32,000 nt of DNA from Candidatus Hermodarchaeota archaeon (GCA_048886185.1 JBHLKY010000024.1:15062-47061), one strand, 5' to 3'. Shown: positions 18,389 through 29,030, counted from the stretch's first letter. Translations and numbers: made by a program. Notes: generated from the sequence alone by a model not told the origin.

Positions 18389-18603
18389 ACATTATTCCTC
18401 TTTTTCATCTCTAAATGATAGTAAAAACTGCTTCTTCTAATTAACAACTGAATAAAAGATAATATTAATGCATAACTATTGAAGATTAGCTTTTTTTTCA
18501 CACTAATAAGTCGTTTTGGTTGTTCTCACTCAAACTTACCCTATTAATAGGTCTTCAGATAATTTCTACTCTGATTCTTTCTTCTTTATTAATACAGTTA
18601 CTT

Positions 18604-20826
18604 TTACCTTTTCCTCTTTTTTCTAATAAAGAATATGGTAAAGATAACAATAATTGGCATGAAGCCTGGCCAATTTGATATTTCAGGACTGATACTTGTC
18701 ATTGTCGTGGATTTTTCTGTTGTTGTTTTTCTTTCAGTTGTTGATGGTTCAGTTGTCGTTGAGGGAGGTTTGTATATAGATATAGAGGACCAATCAGGAA
18801 TATAATTAACAGTGATAGTCTCATTAATGATTGATTGCCTAATCTCTGATATCCATTCCCAACGTGTCTTTGTTATGCTATTTTTTGTATATAATCCGTC
18901 TCTTATCCCCATAGTGTATTTCATAGGACTAATATCTACGCCATCCTCAGCAAGTCCTAATTCTGTCACACCTCCTGTCCATCTTCTTTGGAGGAGATCT
19001 TCGATAGTTCGATATACCGCTGTATCGTATTTTTTAACCATGGAACATAAAACTTTCCCAGGATATAGCCCATCTTGGTCGACATCCACTCCAATGGCAT
19101 AAACTTGAGTTCGTTCTGAAGCAGCCTCCATTACTCCTGCACCTGTGACTGTACCTGCAGCTGTATAGATAATATCGTTCCCTTGATGATAAAGATCAGC
19201 TCCAACCTGCTTTCCACCATCGAAGTCAGTCCAAGGATGATCTTGATCAGGAGTATATGCAGCTGTAAGTGAAATATCTTGATTGATATAATAAAGTCCA
19301 CCCTGATAACCAGCTAGAAATCTGTTAATCAAATGATTGTTTATTCCTCCAAAAAAAACGACTTTATTTGTCTCTGTGGTCATCGCAGCCATAGCCCCAA
19401 CAAGATAAGAGCCTTCTTGTTCCTTGAATATGATTGAGGCTACATTGGGTTTATTAACAACATCATCAATCAAAGTAAACCGTTGATCAGGAAAATTATT
19501 GGATGTAATTGTTAATGGAGATGTATGGGAAAACCCAACGCATATGATTAAATCATGCCCTTCGTTCACGAGATTCTGTTGGAGATCTCCAAATTCATCG
19601 AAAGAGGTAGGTTCCACATATTTATATAAGAAAGTACCAATATAATCATCAAATACCTCTTGTAGACCATGGTACGCCGCAGTATTAAAGTAACCGTCAT
19701 TTTTCCCTCCTATTGTAAATAAGAGCGCGACAGATGGAAAATATGGGGGAAACGAAGGGATTGCAGATACTGAAATTATCCCATCAGTGATATTCTGTTT
19801 AATATCCGATATCCATTGCCAGCGCGTTTGAGTGATTCCGTGAAAATCGAAATTACCAGTCTTTATGCTCTCAGTATAAGTCATTGGACTAATGTCGACT
19901 CCTCCTTCAGCCACACCTAGTTCCGTACGATCAGGGGCCCATGTGTCAAAAATAATATCTTCAATAACTTTGAAAACTGCGAGATCTACCCTTTTCATCA
20001 TGGAACAGAGAACTTTCCCAGGATTCAGATAATCCTGATCAACATCAGCACCAATGGCATAAACATTGGAAAAATCACTTGCAGCTTGTATTACACCATA
20101 ACCAGATGCACCAGCTGCTGCATAAATAACATCACACCCTTCATTATATAATCGTTTCCCAACTCGCTGCCCATTTGTCACATCAGTCCATGGATTTGTT
20201 GCATTGGGAGTATAAGTAATAGAAATATCTATAGTATCGTTTATCAGTTTTGCACCCTGTTCATATCCAGCTAACCATTCATTAATCAACCAATAATTCA
20301 TTCCACCAAAGAAACCTATCTTGTTTGTTTGTGTGGTCATTGCTGCCATTGCCCCAACGAGATAAGAGCCTTCCTGTTCCTTAAATGTGATTAAAGAGAC
20401 ATTGGGACGATCTACAAAAGCTTCTAAGAACGGTTCAGGGTCAATTATTGTAAAGCGTTGATTCGGATAGCTTAGAGCTGTTTCACTTAACGATAGAGCT
20501 TGTTCCCAAGATATACAAATGATCAAGTCATGCCCTTCACTGGCCAAAGTTTGCTGAAGAGTTATATATTCATCGAAACTACCGGGAAAAACATTCTTAT
20601 AGTTAAATTGGCCCGTATAGGTTGTATTGGCTTGAACTAGTCCTTGATAAGCAGCATCATTAAAACTTTTATCACCAAGGCCTCCTGTTGCAAAAATAAT
20701 TGCAATAGAGATGTTTTCATTTATTTTATTACTCACCTGTATATTTATTACACCACCAACTGTGGGTAATAAGAAAAATACGAATAAACTGCCTAATAAT
20801 ATCTTTCTCATTCTTCTTCTCTCCAT
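18604..20826 (-). CDS. Tandem double BMP/PnrA-family solute-binding protein with PGF-type anchor
   Basis: Two copies of the BMP motifs (GGLGDKSFN / GGKNDGYFN; FKEQEGSYLVGAMAAMTT twice; AIGADVDQD / AIGVDVDQD; CSMMKR / CSMVKK), a Thr-rich linker and a WPGF + TM + RKKRKR tail. Confidence 0.9.
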   Translation of the reverse strand: MERRRMRKILLGSLFVFFLLPTVGGVINIQVSNKINENISIAIIFATGGLGDKSFNDAAYQGLVQANTTYTGQFNYKNVFPGSFDEYITLQQTLASEGHDLIICISWEQALSLSETALSYPNQRFTIIDPEPFLEAFVDRPNVSLITFKEQEGSYLVGAMAAMTTQTNKIGFFGGMNYWLINEWLAGYEQGAKLINDTIDISITYTPNATNPWTDVTNGQRVGKRLYNEGCDVIYAAAGASGYGVIQAASDFSNVYAIGADVDQDYLNPGKVLCSMMKRVDLAVFKVIEDIIFDTWAPDRTELGVAEGGVDISPMTYTESIKTGNFDFHGITQTRWQWISDIKQNITDGIISVSAIPSFPPYFPSVALLFTIGGKNDGYFNTAAYHGLQEVFDDYIGTFLYKYVEPTSFDEFGDLQQNLVNEGHDLIICVGFSHTSPLTITSNNFPDQRFTLIDDVVNKPNVASIIFKEQEGSYLVGAMAAMTTETNKVVFFGGINNHLINRFLAGYQGGLYYINQDISLTAAYTPDQDHPWTDFDGGKQVGADLYHQGNDIIYTAAGTVTGAGVMEAASERTQVYAIGVDVDQDGLYPGKVLCSMVKKYDTAVYRTIEDLLQRRWTGGVTELGLAEDGVDISPMKYTMGIRDGLYTKNSITKTRWEWISEIRQSIINETITVNYIPDWSSISIYKPPSTTTEPSTTERKTTTEKSTTMTSISPEISNWPGFMPIIVIFTIFFIRKKRKR

Positions 20827-21018
20827 ATATTCTTTATTTCTAATAAATATTTGATTTTATTTTTGCATCAGATAATTGTAAATAATCATCTTTACCAGTA
20901 TTTAACATTTCCTTGAATTCATTCCCAAAAATTGATAATAAGAGAATTTTCATCATTTTAAGGATTTCTGGAAGGCACTTCTTTATGAAACCATCTAAAA
21001 GATTGAATTGGAATAAAA

Positions 21019-22137
21019 ATGAGAAATTCCTGCAAACTCTTTGATATTATCATTATAGGTGCTGGGCCAAGCGGAGCTAGTGCAGCAACTTATGCAGCAC
21101 AAAATGGATTCTCAACCTGTCTATTTGAAAAAGAAAAATTAGGTCAAATAGGAAGATACAAAGCCTGTGGTGGGGCATTAGATTGGAACCTCATCCAAAA
21201 ACTTGATTATCCTGTGAAGATGATTGAGCGAATTGTTGACTCCCTAAAGCTCCATCATGTGGATGGAGAAACATATTTAAAAACAGGAAAAGGAGCTGTG
21301 GTCTGGAGAAGTTTATTTGACAAATATCTTACTGACATTGCGGTTGAAAGTGGCTCACAACTAAAGGAAAATGAACCAATAGTTGTAATAGCAAAAGAGG
21401 GGTTGTATTACACTGTTTCCACAAAGAATGGAAAATATCAGGCAAGATATGTGCTTGCTGCAGATGGTGTCTCTTCCCCAACCTTGAGGAAGCTTAGATG
21501 GCCTCATTTTGCGAAAGAAGATCTAATATTAACTATTACTCAAGAGATGAAGACACCTAAGCAGCACATTGAAGATATCTTGGGAAATAATGCATTACAT
21601 TTATTTTTTAGCATTAAAAGACTCAGTCAGCTCGGATATGCGTGGTTATTTCCCAAGAAGCAGGTCGTTACTGTAGGCTGGGGAAATCAACTTATGAGGG
21701 TTAAACATACCAGAGACGCAATCAAACCTTTCCTTGATTTACCACTTGTTAAAGAAGCATTAAGAAACTCATCGCTAGATCTTTTTAAAGCACATTTAAT
21801 TCCAGTGGGATTACGACCGCAGCTTTTTAAGGAGAATGTGTTTGCTGTGGGTGATGCAGGAGGACTAGTGGATCCTATTAGCGGGAAAGGGATCCCTTAT
21901 GCCATGAGCTCGGGCCAAATTGCAATTGAATCAATCAAAGTGTGTGAAAATAAGGATCTCCCTGAAAAATTGGGATTTCAGTACTTAAAAATTTTAGAAA
22001 AGCACTTTCTCCAAGTCCTTAAAGCAAAAAGACAAGCTCGGGATCGGATCTATCAAAATGACGAGACGTTAAAGCAGTTTTTAGCGCTCTGGGAAAAGTA
22101 TCGGAGTTCAGAAATCGTCAGAAGAGGATTGATTTAA
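21019..22137 (+). CDS. Geranylgeranyl-reductase-family FAD-dependent oxidoreductase
   Basis: IIGAGPSG (GxGxxG), KACGG, ADGVSS, GYAWLFP and VGDAGGLVDPISGKGIPYAMSSG motifs. The substrate cannot be determined from sequence alone. Confidence 0.88.
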   Translation: MRNSCKLFDIIIIGAGPSGASAATYAAQNGFSTCLFEKEKLGQIGRYKACGGALDWNLIQKLDYPVKMIERIVDSLKLHHVDGETYLKTGKGAVVWRSLFDKYLTDIAVESGSQLKENEPIVVIAKEGLYYTVSTKNGKYQARYVLAADGVSSPTLRKLRWPHFAKEDLILTITQEMKTPKQHIEDILGNNALHLFFSIKRLSQLGYAWLFPKKQVVTVGWGNQLMRVKHTRDAIKPFLDLPLVKEALRNSSLDLFKAHLIPVGLRPQLFKENVFAVGDAGGLVDPISGKGIPYAMSSGQIAIESIKVCENKDLPEKLGFQYLKILEKHFLQVLKAKRQARDRIYQNDETLKQFLALWEKYRSSEIVRRGLI

Positions 22138-22206
22138 CTTGAACTACCCTCTAAGGAACACCAAGTCGAAGTAATTGTCATCAATACTTCCCTGAAGGAT
22201 TCTGAA

Positions 22207-22214
22207 TTTTTTTT
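22207..22214 (+). terminator. Oligo-T terminator candidate
   Basis: T8 run about 70 nt after the stop at 22137, between convergent genes. Confidence 0.35.
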
Positions 22215-22438
22215 ACTATTTTTAGTATTTTATAAGTGTTCGATTCTAACACCATAAAGACAGTCGTTATACTGACAAGCTTTAAGAATTGATGTAGTTA
22301 TATGCGTTCAAACTGATCAACTTATGAGTCAGGTACGTTTTGAAAACCACCAGGGCAATGTTAAGCAGCATTTCTAGCCTCAATAGGTAAAAATCTTAGA
22401 GATAATAAGGAATAGTCTGAGGAATGATGTAAATAATA

Positions 22439-25400
22439 CTAAACAGTGTTTTCTTGATAAGATGTCGTAGAATCTAAAAAGGATAGCTCTTCTTCAGAGA
22501 GATTTCGCATTATACCTGAGTTGTGACAATGTTCTAGAAAATTAAATGCTTCTATCAATGGAATCCCATTGAGTGTAAGGGAAGAGATAAAGTTTATTGC
22601 ATAAAATGCATGTTGCCCATCAATAAAGGATGGAATTTCACTGATAAGTTCACTCATTTTTCTTTCGTTTTTTGTAAATTGTTTAATATTAGCCTTAAAT
22701 AGAGACTGATCAAATGTTAAAGGCCTTAACAATCTAATGGGGAGGATCTCTAGAACAATTTTTTCCACATCTTTGACTAATTGGGGCGTAATTAAACCTT
22801 CTAGTTCCTCCTGTGTAAAACGACTTTCAATTTTATACCCGAGCTTTTGCATCTTCATTTTCAAGTATAAGCTTAATTTCTCTTCAGATACCATACTTAT
22901 TGTGGTGTATTTGCCATGATAAGAAAGGATACTGAATCCCTCTCGCTCTAGGATGTCATACTCCCCACTATTTATGTTTCGTTCAGCTATTTCCGATACC
23001 ATACTCGACATCGCAGAGGTAATTCCAGCAATCATATCTTCATCTTGGCCATAACCTGCATAGCTATCAGTAAAAAACGCAACCCCACATTTATTTCGGC
23101 ATATTATCACACGTAAAGATAAAATGTCAGATATTCTATCCATAATTTCTTTCTTTTTCCTTTTTCGGGTAAGTAATCTAGTTTGGTGATATTTTCGTGC
23201 TAGGAGTATTGCTGTAATCAAAAAAGCTGGAAGAGCTCCAACCAATACTAGAAGGGGAATGAGATCACCTAATTCAAAAGGGCTTTGATTTATTATTGGT
23301 CTAAAAATAAAATTAAATGGTGTATTCTCCGAATTAACATTACCTTGATAATCAGCTGCTTGAATTCTGTAAAAGATTGTTGTATCGGAATCTGGTGAAA
23401 AATCTACTGTCACAGAAAATAATTTAGAATTCCTAGAGATATTTTCATATTGGAAAACCATTGGTACTTGATACCACTGGATTTCTTGTGCTCCATTTCC
23501 TCCATCAGTCTCATTGATAATCTCATAGCGATAGAACAAAGTAACATTAAATACACCAGATCCAAACTCTTGAATCTCAACGAAAAATGTAATATTAGTA
23601 GGCTGGTTTTCATCGTCTATTTCATAATACATATTCAAAATACGTGGAGGAGCTACATCTTCCAGCACTAAACTGAAATTTCGACTTATTTGAATGTCAT
23701 AATACATATTAGAGTAGTATACTACTGTTGTTGCAGTTACTACTATGTCTATTGAACTACCAATGTAGGAATAATTTTCTAATTGAAAATCGAGCTCCCA
23801 TAGATTTGTTATTTCGTTTTTCTTTGCCAAATTTTCTGGCATAAGAATTGATTCATTAATATAAATCTCGTAAACCACTTCATAATAGTTTTTCAAAGGA
23901 TTTCGAGGATCTGTGACATTTACTTGAAAGAGATAATGTCCCTCTAAATCATCCAAGCTCTCATAATCAAAATTATTTATTGTTGGTCGGCTTTCAATGA
24001 CTATAATCCTACCAATTTTAGTCCCATAATCACTTCCATCAAAAGGTAGGATCTCAATAGACCAAATTTCTCCAGGATTGGTATTATTAGCAGAAACCCA
24101 CTTCATCCCCTCGAATTGAGGTTGATAAGATCCATTAACATACCAACGAATTAATGAAAAATCCTTATCATTGTCTAAATCTACAAAATTGTAAGCGATG
24201 TTTAGATTAACATCCTCTACTTGAAAGTCAGGGCAAATTGAGTTCTGTATTTGGAAATTATTTACCATTGGGGCACTATTTGTTATTACTGTGAGAGGGG
24301 AAGAATATTGGATTGAGTAATCTGTTCCATCATAGACACGGACAGTATAGTACCATGTCTCTCCTTTGCTAGTAGCAGTTGAAGGAATAATTGTGAGATT
24401 GTTGAAATTAGACTGTAACTCATCATTTTTATACCAATTCATAATGGGATTATTATCTTCAAAATCATTATCCAAATCAATAAAGATCCAGTTTGCAGAG
24501 AGATCATCGCTAGTAGTAGGAGAGTCTGTAAGGCTTAAATCAGTAGCTGTTGGTGCCAAATTTATTATTGAAGTGGTTGTAGAATTGAATTGGATAGAAA
24601 AATCTGTTCCATCAAAGGCTTTAACAGTATAATACCACACTTCTCCTTTTGAGGTATAGCTTGAAGGAACTACAATACTGTTATCTAAAGATGGCTGATG
24701 AATACCATCTTTATACCAGTAGATTATTCTTATAATACTCTCATAGTCACCATCATCGTCGTGAAACTCCCAAGAGGCTTCTAGGATAGTAAGTGTAGTA
24801 GGGTTGGGTGTAATAGATAAGTTTGATAATTCTGGAGGAGTATTTTGAATAATTCGACTTGTTGAAAAGTAATAATTTGAATAATTCTCACCATCGAAAA
24901 TCTGGATTTTATAGTACCAAATCTCGTTTTTTGTAGTATTTTCAAAATTCACAATTTTAGTATCATTTAATTCGGGTTGAAATTCATTGTTTTTATACCA
25001 ACGAATCCTCCAAGAGGAGCTCTCAGGATCACCATCAGCATCGTAATAAATATAATTAACGGTTAAATTATCATTTGTTAAAGGATTATCATTAAGAGAC
25101 ACATTTATAGCAGTAGGTAAAGTATTAGTGATTATCGCTGTACTAGAATTATACTGGATAGAGTAATTCTCCCCATCAAAAACACGTAATGTATAATTCC
25201 ACTTTTCACCCTTATTTGTGAAGTTTGATGAAATTGATGTATAATTATCATAAGTGGTATTATAAACCCCATTAATATACCAATTTATAAGATAATTAGG
25301 TGATTCTGGATCATTATCATTATCGGTATAATCCCAACTAATTATTAAATCATCCACAGTTGTGGGATAAGAAGTTAATGTTAAATCCGAAGCTTCTGGA

Positions 25401-28400
25401 AGACTGTTAAGAATGACAACTATAGATGAATTATATTGAATTGACCAATTCAAGCCATCATAAACTCTTAAAGTATAGTTCCAGATCTCATGTTTTGAGG
25501 TTAAACTGGATACAACCACAGTTAAGTCATCCAATTCTGGCTGTAATATACCATTTTTAAACCAATGAATCTCCTTATCTACTTGAAAGTGTCCATCGTC
25601 ATCATAATATGTATAAGAGGCAATTAGATTATCAGCTGTAGTTGGTAATTCAGTGAGGTTATAAGATGTGACCGTTGGCGGAGTATTTATGGTTTCACCT
25701 ATACCTAGAAGTGAGGAGGTATAGTTGATACTGTATTCATCTCCATCATGTACACAAATCTTGTATTGCCAGAGATCCCCCTCATGAGTATAAATGCTGT
25801 CAATAATAGTGAAATTGGTTAATGTAGAATTGTAAGTTCCATTAATGTACCAATATATGATTCTCTTACCTGTATTTTCTAAATCATCATCCATATCGCT
25901 ATAGATATAAGTAATTTCAAAAGGTAATGAACTAGAGACACTTGAGCTTACATTAAAGACAGGGTTAATAACTACTGGTTTTGAATTGACTACTGTAGAA
26001 TTTGATGAAGAATATTCGATAGAATAATCTTCCCCATCGAATATTTTCACAGTATAATACCAAGTGTCATTTTTAGTTGTATTTCCAGATCCTACTGTTG
26101 TTGAATTACTTAATGATGATTGCAGCTCCCAGACAGAGCCATTCCATTTAAACCAATGTAAAATGGTAAAATTAAAATAATCGTTTGGATTATCTCCATC
26201 ATAGTCGGCCGGTATCCAGCTAGCTTCGATATCATCAATAGTTGTGGGATTTAAGGTAATAGTTATTCCTGAAGCGGTTGGAGCCGTATTCTGAATGGTA
26301 ATAGTATCACTAGAAGTTGTGTTTCCAAAATCTAATCCATCTTTCGGTCGGATAGTGGCATTCCAATTATCACCCTTCACAAGCGCAGTGTTTGGCACCA
26401 CGATCTTATCGTTATAGGCTCCCTGAAGCACTCCATTCCTAAACCATCTGATTTCTGTTCCTGCTTCTGAGTCGTTCTCTTGGTCATAAAAATCATACAA
26501 CAAATACAAAGTGTTATTACTGTGAACTGGTAAAAGGGGTATGGATGGGTCACATGATAGTGTAATATTCTCAACAATTGGAGCATGATTAGTTATTGGA
26601 ACAATTCCTTGATGTTCAATTGAGGTGAAAGAGTTTCCTGCAGTGTCATTAACTATAATCACAAATTTAAATAGCCCAAAGTCAAGAATTATTGTATCAT
26701 TGATATATTTAGAATTATCTCTTTGCATGACAGCCCACCGAGGCCCTTGTGATACTTTCCCTTTAGTCACGTTAACAATCACTACATCAATCTCTCCCCA
26801 TGAATCAGATACATTAGCTTTAAATGTTCCATATTCACCTTCATCAGGGAAATATTCCCAGTTAAGTACATTAGGATGAACTGAATCGTAATTAAAAGTA
26901 ACAATTTTTGGAGGTGAGGGAAGTGATAGATAATTTCTCCAAATATCAGAAGCATTACTAATTTCATAAAAGTATGTATCAGCAAAAACCACATTGGAGG
27001 GTTGATAGATCCAAAGATTGATTTCCGTGTCAAATGTCATATTATATGAGGTCTGATTTAACTTTAGAGTAACGAAATCAACCGAGGATTTTTTGTCTGT
27101 AAGATTTGCCCAGAATTGAGGAGAACCATCCCCTAAATCCTCCACTCCAAAATCATTTATTATAGGAGGCTCTTCATCGTAAATCTCCATAGGACCAATA
27201 GAGTAAAAGCTTTCAGGATCATATTGGTTATAGTATTGGGTCATAATCCACTCAGGAGATCTAGATATGTTAGATATACGAACTTCGTCAATAAGACCTT
27301 TTGTGAAATGAGATATCCAATTATTCCAACCAATATAGAGTGGTTCCGTGTTCTGAATGGTTCCTTGATTACTCGCACCAGATCTTAACTCACCATCAAT
27401 ATACAACAAATTAACCATGCCATCATAGGTAAAAACATAATGATGCCAATCAAACTCAGCAAATTGACTAGTTTGCCAAGGATTATTCTCAGTCCCACTT
27501 AGGAGAATCCAAATTTCGTTATTAAAAAAGTCAAAGCCAAAGTCATTAGCCGAAGATATGATGCTTCCACCAAGCGTTCCATCTAGAGAATAGACCCATC
27601 CTCCAATTGTTATCTCCTCCATGGGCTGAGACAAACTTGTACTACTTGGAATTTGAATGAGATTATCCAGTCCATCAAATAGCTGAGCCATTCCAATTTG
27701 TCCTGGAACTTGAATTGGTGTTTGCTCTGGAATACCTCCTCCTCCTTGTCCATCATTATTATTGGCTGTACTGTCTTTATATTCATTGATAGACCCATTC
27801 CCATTCTCACCCAAATGCCACACGGAGATATAATCCTCATTCCACACACTTTCAGGTTTTTCTTGGTTAATAACTGTTTTATTCCCAAAATACATAGAAA
27901 TTTGGTTCTCTTGAAAATTAGAAAGGTCAACCTGTACCCAAGCAACTAAATGAGCATGTGTACTGTTAGCAGTTTGATCAAAAATTTCTATTTCGTGGTT
28001 GAGTTTTTCCCCACTTGATCGTGTGAATATAATATCACCTCCATCCTCCTGCGCAAAATCCTGTAAATCAGCATCAAAAATGTTCAAAAGTAATGTAAAA
28101 TTTGTTAGATCTCCATCAACTTTTCTATAATCAATTGTAATATTCTTGCGACGATTCCATTGTGTATCAGCCCATCCTTGTTTGGAAGGGCCTTTAATAT
28201 CAAAATGAACTATTCCTTTTGAAGTAGGTTGTGTTTGGGTTGATGTAGACATATTATATGATGATTGATCATTAAAAGGAGGTTGAAATTCATTATTTTC
28301 AACAAAAGCTTTAGTCGTTTTTTTATCAAAGCTTGGGATACCCCGTAAAATAGGAATTGGCCCATTTTTTAAGCTGATGTTATCCTCTGATTTACAATTC

Positions 28401-28513
28401 ATACTTCCTATAAAGAATATTGAATTCATAGAAAAACATAGAATTATCAGTAACAAAAAAAAAGAACGTTTTACCTTTCTTTTCCATGTTATTTTATGGG
28501 AGTTCAAGTCCAC
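22439..28513 (-). CDS. 2024-aa single-pass surface protein: DUF2341 + LamG-like + Ig/cadherin-like repeats + TM + cytoplasmic longin-like domain
   Basis: Signal/anchor segment; W..RKNITID...DIIF...HEIE...AWV (DUF2341-like); VWHL...WHHYVFTYDG...LYIDG...IDEVRIS (LamG-like); nine ~96-aa repeats; TM LIPLLVLVGALPAFLITAILLA followed by RKY...RKRKKK; ~252-aa tail. Confidence 0.88.
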   Translation of the reverse strand: MDLNSHKITWKRKVKRSFFLLLIILCFSMNSIFFIGSMNCKSEDNISLKNGPIPILRGIPSFDKKTTKAFVENNEFQPPFNDQSSYNMSTSTQTQPTSKGIVHFDIKGPSKQGWADTQWNRRKNITIDYRKVDGDLTNFTLLLNIFDADLQDFAQEDGGDIIFTRSSGEKLNHEIEIFDQTANSTHAHLVAWVQVDLSNFQENQISMYFGNKTVINQEKPESVWNEDYISVWHLGENGNGSINEYKDSTANNNDGQGGGGIPEQTPIQVPGQIGMAQLFDGLDNLIQIPSSTSLSQPMEEITIGGWVYSLDGTLGGSIISSANDFGFDFFNNEIWILLSGTENNPWQTSQFAEFDWHHYVFTYDGMVNLLYIDGELRSGASNQGTIQNTEPLYIGWNNWISHFTKGLIDEVRISNISRSPEWIMTQYYNQYDPESFYSIGPMEIYDEEPPIINDFGVEDLGDGSPQFWANLTDKKSSVDFVTLKLNQTSYNMTFDTEINLWIYQPSNVVFADTYFYEISNASDIWRNYLSLPSPPKIVTFNYDSVHPNVLNWEYFPDEGEYGTFKANVSDSWGEIDVVIVNVTKGKVSQGPRWAVMQRDNSKYINDTIILDFGLFKFVIIVNDTAGNSFTSIEHQGIVPITNHAPIVENITLSCDPSIPLLPVHSNNTLYLLYDFYDQENDSEAGTEIRWFRNGVLQGAYNDKIVVPNTALVKGDNWNATIRPKDGLDFGNTTSSDTITIQNTAPTASGITITLNPTTIDDIEASWIPADYDGDNPNDYFNFTILHWFKWNGSVWELQSSLSNSTTVGSGNTTKNDTWYYTVKIFDGEDYSIEYSSSNSTVVNSKPVVINPVFNVSSSVSSSLPFEITYIYSDMDDDLENTGKRIIYWYINGTYNSTLTNFTIIDSIYTHEGDLWQYKICVHDGDEYSINYTSSLLGIGETINTPPTVTSYNLTELPTTADNLIASYTYYDDDGHFQVDKEIHWFKNGILQPELDDLTVVVSSLTSKHEIWNYTLRVYDGLNWSIQYNSSIVVILNSLPEASDLTLTSYPTTVDDLIISWDYTDNDNDPESPNYLINWYINGVYNTTYDNYTSISSNFTNKGEKWNYTLRVFDGENYSIQYNSSTAIITNTLPTAINVSLNDNPLTNDNLTVNYIYYDADGDPESSSWRIRWYKNNEFQPELNDTKIVNFENTTKNEIWYYKIQIFDGENYSNYYFSTSRIIQNTPPELSNLSITPNPTTLTILEASWEFHDDDGDYESIIRIIYWYKDGIHQPSLDNSIVVPSSYTSKGEVWYYTVKAFDGTDFSIQFNSTTTSIINLAPTATDLSLTDSPTTSDDLSANWIFIDLDNDFEDNNPIMNWYKNDELQSNFNNLTIIPSTATSKGETWYYTVRVYDGTDYSIQYSSPLTVITNSAPMVNNFQIQNSICPDFQVEDVNLNIAYNFVDLDNDKDFSLIRWYVNGSYQPQFEGMKWVSANNTNPGEIWSIEILPFDGSDYGTKIGRIIVIESRPTINNFDYESLDDLEGHYLFQVNVTDPRNPLKNYYEVVYEIYINESILMPENLAKKNEITNLWELDFQLENYSYIGSSIDIVVTATTVVYYSNMYYDIQISRNFSLVLEDVAPPRILNMYYEIDDENQPTNITFFVEIQEFGSGVFNVTLFYRYEIINETDGGNGAQEIQWYQVPMVFQYENISRNSKLFSVTVDFSPDSDTTIFYRIQAADYQGNVNSENTPFNFIFRPIINQSPFELGDLIPLLVLVGALPAFLITAILLARKYHQTRLLTRKRKKKEIMDRISDILSLRVIICRNKCGVAFFTDSYAGYGQDEDMIAGITSAMSSMVSEIAERNINSGEYDILEREGFSILSYHGKYTTISMVSEEKLSLYLKMKMQKLGYKIESRFTQEELEGLITPQLVKDVEKIVLEILPIRLLRPLTFDQSLFKANIKQFTKNERKMSELISEIPSFIDGQHAFYAINFISSLTLNGIPLIEAFNFLEHCHNSGIMRNLSEEELSFLDSTTSYQENTV
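23993..26590 (-). repeat. Nine tandem ~96-aa cadherin/Ig-like protein repeats
   Basis: Each unit starts NxxP and contains a D-x-D-x-D-like motif, IxW(Y/F)xNG, KG(E/D)xW and (F/Y)DG motifs. Starts: NHAP, NTAP, NSKP, NTPP, NSLP, NTLP, NTPP, NLAP, NSAP. Confidence 0.85.
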
Positions 28514-29030
28514 ACCTGGAAATCTTATTAAATTATAATCTACAGATATTTTCTACTAAAGCAAGACTTTTTCTTTCTTTATTGCGATTTAAGTAATGAT
28601 TTGAATCGTTTGGAAGAAAATCTTCTAGAAAAAGCAAGATTTGAAAGTAAGTGTAATAAGACTGAAAGATAATCCACATTGAAACTTAGTGTATTTTTGT
28701 AATCATTCAATAATCTGCAAATTATCCAATTGTAATTGGCCTGATGAAATATATTCCTTTCTAGACAAAAAATTCGGATAATTCATAGAAATGGTGTCTC
28801 TATCCACTTGCTTCCCTTTGTGTAACTATGAAGCGTTTAAGAAGGATTCCCAACCCTATGGTAATAGGTTTTTTAGGAGGACAGGAATCATTAAATGGTA
28901 CAATAATAGTCATAAGAAACATGATGCTTCATGCTGGGGCAAGAGGAACATATAATAAGAGTAATATCATTTAAAAATAGTCTAGCTGATTCCTGTCTTA
29001 ACTTTAAATCTGGTTTAGTGATGAATTAAT

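Noticed and set aside
2849-22137. Assigning the radical SAM or reductase genes to specific lipid enzymes (GrsA/B, Tes, DGGGPL reductase)
   Set aside because: The motifs support only family-level calls. These families have many paralogues and the two genes are not linked.
23993-26590. CRISPR array or DNA tandem repeat
   Set aside because: The periodicity is at the protein level (~290 nt) with diverged DNA. There are no identical 25-45-nt repeats with spacers and no cas genes.
28790-28975. Short frames on both strands (48-aa plus-strand ORF; minus-strand hydrophobic frame with stops)
   Set aside because: No recognisable family, no clear ribosome-binding site, and neither strand is clearly preferred.
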